Shown here piece by piece: positions 55,644 through 59,943 of a stretch of DNA of 59,943 nucleotides. A program made the position numbers and the translations under genes. Positions within the stretch are counted from its first letter, which is position 1; each line of letters begins with the position of its first letter. The notes beneath the pieces are model-generated. The model ran no database searches. It was given only the letters and a program-made list of their open reading frames with translations, and was not told the origin of the DNA. The DNA lies in NCBI GenBank assembly GCA_964578365.1, contig CAZOCS010000001.1:1-59943 (forward strand), in the 5' to 3' direction. This DNA comes from an uncultured Candidatus Cloacimonadota bacterium (GTDB lineage Bacteria; Cloacimonadota; Cloacimonadia; Cloacimonadales; TCS61).

Positions 55644-56975
55644 ATGTATACATCAGAATTCCAAACAATATTTGCTTATGCAAAAGATAAAACAGACGAG
55701 ATAGAAATTCTCCTTTCAGCAGGTAACTCTTTTTCTGTAAAAATTAATGAACAAAACATAGAGTCCTTCAACTATTCCGATTCCAAAGGGATTGGTGTAC
55801 GAGTAGTAAAGGGTGGAAAAGTCGGTTATGCTTATACAGAAAAATTTGATGAAGAGACATTTAAGTTGATTGTAGATGAAGCTGTAGAAAATGCTAAATA
55901 TACCGAGGATGATGACGTTGTGATCATGGAGAATTATCCTGAAAATACGAATAGTCCCAATGTGTATTCAAAAAAATTAGATATGGTTGATGTAGTTGAT
56001 AAGATACAGCTTGCAAAAAACTTGGAAAAATATGCCAAAGAAGCCGATAAACGTATTTATAATGTTCCTTATGCTGTATATGCTGATGGAAAAAGTTATA
56101 GTAGAATTGCCAACAGCAAGGGGCTGGATAAAGAAGATACTCACAATTATGCTTATGCTTATGTTGGCGTATTATCGACCGAAAAAGATGACAAACGAAT
56201 GGGAGTGAAATTCCACATTACCAGAGATTTTGAAGAATTCGATCCTAAGAAAATGGCTGAAGAAAGTGTGAAGAAAAGTACTGATCTCCTCAATGGTGAT
56301 CCTGCAGAATCAGGAAAATATGCAGTTGTATTCAATAATGAAATGATGGCTACAATGCTGGCTACTTTCTCCGGTATTTTCAATGCAAAATCTGTTCAGG
56401 AAGGAAGATCTCTTCTTAAGGGTAAAATAGGACAAAAGATCGCTAATGATAAAGTTACTATTGTCGATGATGGCTTGCATCCCGATGGTTTTTCAACTTC
56501 TGCCTTTGATAACGAAGGGTATCCAACCGAAAGAACGGTACTTATTGAAAATGGTGTTTTAAGATCCTATCTTCATAATACTATAACTGCAAGAAAAGAC
56601 GGTGTAAAATCAACCGGGAACGGATCACGCGGCTACAAAGGAACTCTTAATGTCAGCACTTCAAACTTTATAATAGAAGCCGGTGATCATAAAGAAGCTG
56701 ACCTGTTTACAAAACACGATAGAGTAATTGAAATCGTAAGTTTGCAGGGAATGCATTCCGGTGCGAATGCTATTTCGGGTGATTTTTCACTTGGAGCACA
56801 AGGTTTCTTGTGGGAAAATGGCAAACGTAAGCATTCTCTCAAACCTTTCACAGTAAGTGGTAACTTCTTGCAAATGTTAAGCGGAGTAGAAGCAATTGCC
56901 GATAACTTTAAATTTGATATGAGCAGTAACGGTGCTTCATCAATTTTGATAAAAGAATTAAATATTAGCGGCTAA
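55644..56975 (+). CDS. pmbA: PmbA/TldE-family protein (TldD partner)
   Basis: 443 aa with TldD/PmbA-fold motifs (GIGVRVV.GGKVGY, SGDFS.GA.G) and no HExxH. Immediately downstream of tldD. Confidence 0.9.
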   Translation: MYTSEFQTIFAYAKDKTDEIEILLSAGNSFSVKINEQNIESFNYSDSKGIGVRVVKGGKVGYAYTEKFDEETFKLIVDEAVENAKYTEDDDVVIMENYPENTNSPNVYSKKLDMVDVVDKIQLAKNLEKYAKEADKRIYNVPYAVYADGKSYSRIANSKGLDKEDTHNYAYAYVGVLSTEKDDKRMGVKFHITRDFEEFDPKKMAEESVKKSTDLLNGDPAESGKYAVVFNNEMMATMLATFSGIFNAKSVQEGRSLLKGKIGQKIANDKVTIVDDGLHPDGFSTSAFDNEGYPTERTVLIENGVLRSYLHNTITARKDGVKSTGNGSRGYKGTLNVSTSNFIIEAGDHKEADLFTKHDRVIEIVSLQGMHSGANAISGDFSLGAQGFLWENGKRKHSLKPFTVSGNFLQMLSGVEAIADNFKFDMSSNGASSILIKELNISG

Positions 56976-56992
56976 TAAATAATCACAATACT

Positions 56993-57021
56993 AAAGGGTG
57001 GAAATATTCCACCCTTTTTTT
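56993..57021 (+). terminator. Intrinsic terminator of tldD-pmbA
   Basis: aaagggtgga(56993..57002)/tccacccttt(57008..57017), a perfect 10-bp stem with loop aatat, followed by a T-run. Confidence 0.85.
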
Positions 57022-57076
57022 ATATTTGACAAAAAATCCGATTTCCCAATCTTCCAGTCCGAGGAGTTAAATTAGC

Positions 57077-57781
57077 ATGAAATTAATTAATATAATTATT
57101 ATAATGTTTATTGTTTCAGTTTCTTTGTTTAGCGAAGAATTTAAAGAATATAAACTTGGTGAGAAGCAGCAATTTGAAGGCAATAAAATATTTGATGAAA
57201 TGGTGCAAAGTATTGGAAATGTAGATCAGATAAAAACTATACGCACGATCGGTACTGCAAGCCAGCCAGTGGAATACGGCACTTTATCTTTTCCGGTGCA
57301 GGTGGAGGTAGAATTTCCTGGTAAACTCAGAATAAAGTTTGAAGATAAAGAATTCATTATTGATGAAGAAAGTGGCTGGCTCAAGTATCCACAAGGATTT
57401 TATGAGAATCTGCCAGAAAAATATATTAATACATTAAGTGGGAATTTGAATAGGAATTTAATTCAGATCGCACGAGGTAGAACCGATTTCGAGATCAAAC
57501 TTATAGGTGAACAAACTATTCTGGAAAGAGAATGCTATGAAATTGAACTTTCGAAGGATGATTATAAAGTTAGTTTATTTATAGATATAAAAAAGAAACT
57601 ACCTGTTCAAATGACCTATCTCATAAACACGAAACAAATTATAAGAACTTATCTTGAATATAAAGTAGTAGATGGGATCAATTATCCAATTCATACGATC
57701 TCAACTGATATTGATGGTAACTTAATAAGTGAGATAGTTATTGAGACGGTTGAATTTAATGTTAAGATCGAAGGATTTTAA
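57077..57781 (+). CDS. Hypothetical secreted protein (LolA-like/outer-membrane lipoprotein-sorting fold possible)
   Basis: 234-aa ORF with signal peptide MKLINIIIIMFIVSVSLFS. No diagnostic motif. Confidence 0.55.
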   Translation: MKLINIIIIMFIVSVSLFSEEFKEYKLGEKQQFEGNKIFDEMVQSIGNVDQIKTIRTIGTASQPVEYGTLSFPVQVEVEFPGKLRIKFEDKEFIIDEESGWLKYPQGFYENLPEKYINTLSGNLNRNLIQIARGRTDFEIKLIGEQTILERECYEIELSKDDYKVSLFIDIKKKLPVQMTYLINTKQIIRTYLEYKVVDGINYPIHTISTDIDGNLISEIVIETVEFNVKIEGF

Positions 57782-57834
57782 TTAAAATATCACTTTGCTC
57801 AGCAGTCAGAAACTATGCAATAAGAACACACCCC

Positions 57835-57870
57835 ACGGTTAAAACCGTACCCCTCTCGAGAGGGGATTTT
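57835..57870 (+). terminator. Two adjacent hairpins (acggtt-aa-aaccgt and the GC-rich palindrome cccctctcgagagggg) followed by ATTTT. Candidate terminator and member of the C4/G4 palindrome repeat family.
   Basis: 57835..57848 and 57850..57865 read directly. The tail atttt lies at 57866..57870. Same style as the hairpins at 43457..43578. Confidence 0.5.
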
Positions 57871-57889
57871 CGTAAGGTTCTATTAAGTT

Positions 57890-57947
57890 AGCTAATCAGC
57901 TAACTGCCACCTTCTAACAGCTAATTCCTAATCCCTAATTCCTAAAG
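57890..57947. repeat. CTAA-phased short tandem repeat (five successive 7-nt units plus looser copies) that includes the transketolase stop codon
   Basis: CTAA starts at 57892, 57900, 57914, 57921, 57928, 57935 and 57942. Core reading: cagctaa ttcctaa tccctaa ttcctaa. It shares aattcctaatccctaat with 43648..43664. Confidence 0.8.
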
Positions 57948-59837
57948 CACTTCTTTTATTCTTCTTACAATCGAATCTACATCTAATTTACAATGTTTAA
58001 ACACGTCATCACTATTACCGGAGAAAGCATAATCTTCTACACCGAATTTTACGAATTTGCATTGTAGACCCATCTGCATAATTTTATCTGCAATACTGTT
58101 TCCAATACCGGTATTCACATTATGATCTTCATAAGTGAAAACTGTTCCGGTTCTTGCAGCTTGTTCTATGGCTTTTTCATCCAGATCACTTGGGCAGGAA
58201 ATATTCCAAACCTGTAACGATATTCCCAATTCTTTTAATTTCTCTGCAACTATCAATGCTCTTCCCGTAAGGGTTCCCATAACAAAAAGTGCTGCTGTTT
58301 TTCCATCTCTAAGCAGGTCAGCTTTGCCATATTCAAATTTGTAATTTTTACCAAAGAATATTTCACCTTTTTCATTTTTTATTAAGTCCAGTTTAGAGCG
58401 GCCCATAGGAATGAGGAAATTTCCGTATTTACCGGAGATGTAGCGAATAACTCTATCTGTCTGGTTTGGATCTGCGGGAATAATTGTTTTGAATTTATAG
58501 AGATTTTTCATTAATCCAAAATAATCTATGCATTGGTGTGTTTTTCCATCTTCACCAACATCCAGGCCAACATGTGTTGTAATGATTTTTAAATTGGTTT
58601 GATTAATATCGCTGAGTCTATGCTGATTAAAAGTCTCATCAACGCCGAAAACGCCGAAATCAGGGAAGAAAACCTGTAATCTCTCTTTAGACATAGCTGC
58701 GGCAACAACGGCTGTGTTATGCTCCATTATCCCACCCTGAATGAAATTCTGAGGTAAAGCAGCTTCGAACTCTTTGGTTTTCACACTTCCCTGCAGGTCA
58801 CAATCTAAAACAATAATTGGTGCATTCTCATTTTTGGAAGCGATATCGGCAATTGCATTTCCCCAGGCAGAACGGTTGTCGGTTTTGTCTTTATAAATAA
58901 TGGGCTCACCTATGTTTATTTCAAAATCTAAATTAGAGTTTTTAATATGGTTAGAATTGGAAGTACTAAATTTGCTTCTCAACTTTTTATATTTCTCAAT
59001 ATTATTTTCTAAACCAAGTTCCTGCAGAGCTTGGGTAAGTTGTTCTTCCGAAAGTGGAGAGCCGTGGTACTTTTCTTTGTTTTCCATAAATGAAACACCT
59101 TTACCCATGGTTGTGTGTCCAATAATAACAGTTGGTTTTTCATTTTGTACAGAATCTATGATTGCATCTCTAATTTCTATCAGATCATGACCATCTATCT
59201 CAATTACATCCCAGCCATCCGACAGATAGTTTTCCAAGATATATTGAGGCATAACCTTATCTATATCTCCGCAGATCTGCAATTGATTGTAATCTACAAA
59301 AGCGGTAATATTCAAATTATATTTAACGGCAAATCTACGGGCTTCACTTAATTGTCCCTTTTGCTGTTCACCATCTCCCATCAGTACAAAAGTATGATTG
59401 TCAATATTCTTAAGTTTACAAGCAAGCGCAAAACCGCATCCTGCAGAAAGCCCCTGTCCCAGATTGCCGCTTGCCCATTCAATTCCTGCTACATCAGGTT
59501 CTACATGACCTTCATAGATACTACCAGCTAATCTGAATTGTGAAATTGCATCATCAATATCAAAAAAACTGCATGATGCCAGAGTGGAATATGCTGCTGG
59601 AGAAGTATGCCCATGACTTATCACAACTCGATCCCGTGATTCCATTTTTGGATTTTGCGGATCTATGTTTATCATATTGTACAAAGTTAACATAAAATCA
59701 ATTGTAGACATCGATCCCCCCGGATGTCCCGATTTTGCTAATGATGTCATTTTAATGATAGAACCTCGTGCTTCATTTGCCAATATTTGGATCTCTTTCA
59801 ATTGCTTAATTGAGAGTTGGGCTTTTTCGATATTCAT
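57942..59837 (-). CDS. tkt: Transketolase (single-chain)
   Basis: AKSGHPGGSMS, RDRVVISHGH and TPP motif MGDGEQQKGQ..EA. The pyrimidine-binding and C-terminal domains are present. Length 631 aa. Confidence 0.9.
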   Translation of the reverse strand: MNIEKAQLSIKQLKEIQILANEARGSIIKMTSLAKSGHPGGSMSTIDFMLTLYNMINIDPQNPKMESRDRVVISHGHTSPAAYSTLASCSFFDIDDAISQFRLAGSIYEGHVEPDVAGIEWASGNLGQGLSAGCGFALACKLKNIDNHTFVLMGDGEQQKGQLSEARRFAVKYNLNITAFVDYNQLQICGDIDKVMPQYILENYLSDGWDVIEIDGHDLIEIRDAIIDSVQNEKPTVIIGHTTMGKGVSFMENKEKYHGSPLSEEQLTQALQELGLENNIEKYKKLRSKFSTSNSNHIKNSNLDFEINIGEPIIYKDKTDNRSAWGNAIADIASKNENAPIIVLDCDLQGSVKTKEFEAALPQNFIQGGIMEHNTAVVAAAMSKERLQVFFPDFGVFGVDETFNQHRLSDINQTNLKIITTHVGLDVGEDGKTHQCIDYFGLMKNLYKFKTIIPADPNQTDRVIRYISGKYGNFLIPMGRSKLDLIKNEKGEIFFGKNYKFEYGKADLLRDGKTAALFVMGTLTGRALIVAEKLKELGISLQVWNISCPSDLDEKAIEQAARTGTVFTYEDHNVNTGIGNSIADKIMQMGLQCKFVKFGVEDYAFSGNSDDVFKHCKLDVDSIVRRIKEVL

Positions 59838-59943
59838 ACTTCCTCCAATTAAAATTTGTGGTAACTTTTTTTCATTTTAATTAAACGTAAAGAAATAAAT
59901 AAATAAAAAAGATTTATCTGAATTTTTATAAATAGTCTATAAT

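Noticed and set aside
1-59943. Search for mobile elements, prophage, defence islands, rRNA/tRNA genes and CRISPR across the whole window
   Set aside because: I recognised no integrase, transposase, recombinase, restriction/modification, nuclease-helicase, toxin-antitoxin or cas-like ORF. There are no tRNA-like T-arm sequences in intergenic DNA and no long terminal inverted repeats. The window reads as core chromosome.

Overview
This is an AT-rich, gene-dense chromosomal segment of a bacterium. It is probably an anaerobic member of the FCB superphylum (Cloacimonadota-like). That placement is inference only, based on two secreted proteins with T9SS-type C-terminal sorting domains, a ferredoxin-dependent 2-oxoacid oxidoreductase, a PPi-type phosphofructokinase and several amino-acid-metabolism genes. 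Layout: a minus-strand M16 peptidase (202..2799); a long plus-strand block (3004..33171); a long minus-strand block (33339..54060); tldD/pmbA plus one unknown on the plus strand (54248..57781); and a minus-strand transketolase (57942..59837). The plus block holds two PFKs, hflX, aminotransferases, asd, lysC, thrC, apgM, a D-A-B-C 2-oxoacid:ferredoxin oxidoreductase operon and a lipoprotein cluster. The minus block holds an 11-gene MoxR/DUF58/VWA/TPR 'Bat' aerotolerance-type operon followed by housekeeping genes (argS, rsfS, folKB, purF, plsY, der). I found no rRNA, tRNA, IS element, integrase, prophage, CRISPR array or recognisable defence gene, so most of the window is ordinary core genome. 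I cannot claim a clear multi-gene novel system; the candidates below are leads, not demonstrations. Worth a second look: (1) an unannotated 62-codon membrane-protein gene (12560..12748) with an in-frame TGA at a Cys position and a hairpin directly downstream, a candidate selenoprotein; (2) the Bat operon, which carries an inserted DUF4139/TIGR02231-type secreted protein and a 265-bp hairpin-repeat spacer; (3) a tightly packed trio of lipoproteins of unknown function; (4) short 7n-periodic tandem repeats that contain the stop codons of three minus-strand genes; (5) an SDR gene broken by one extra A in an A6 run; (6) an ArgRS with no HIGH signature.
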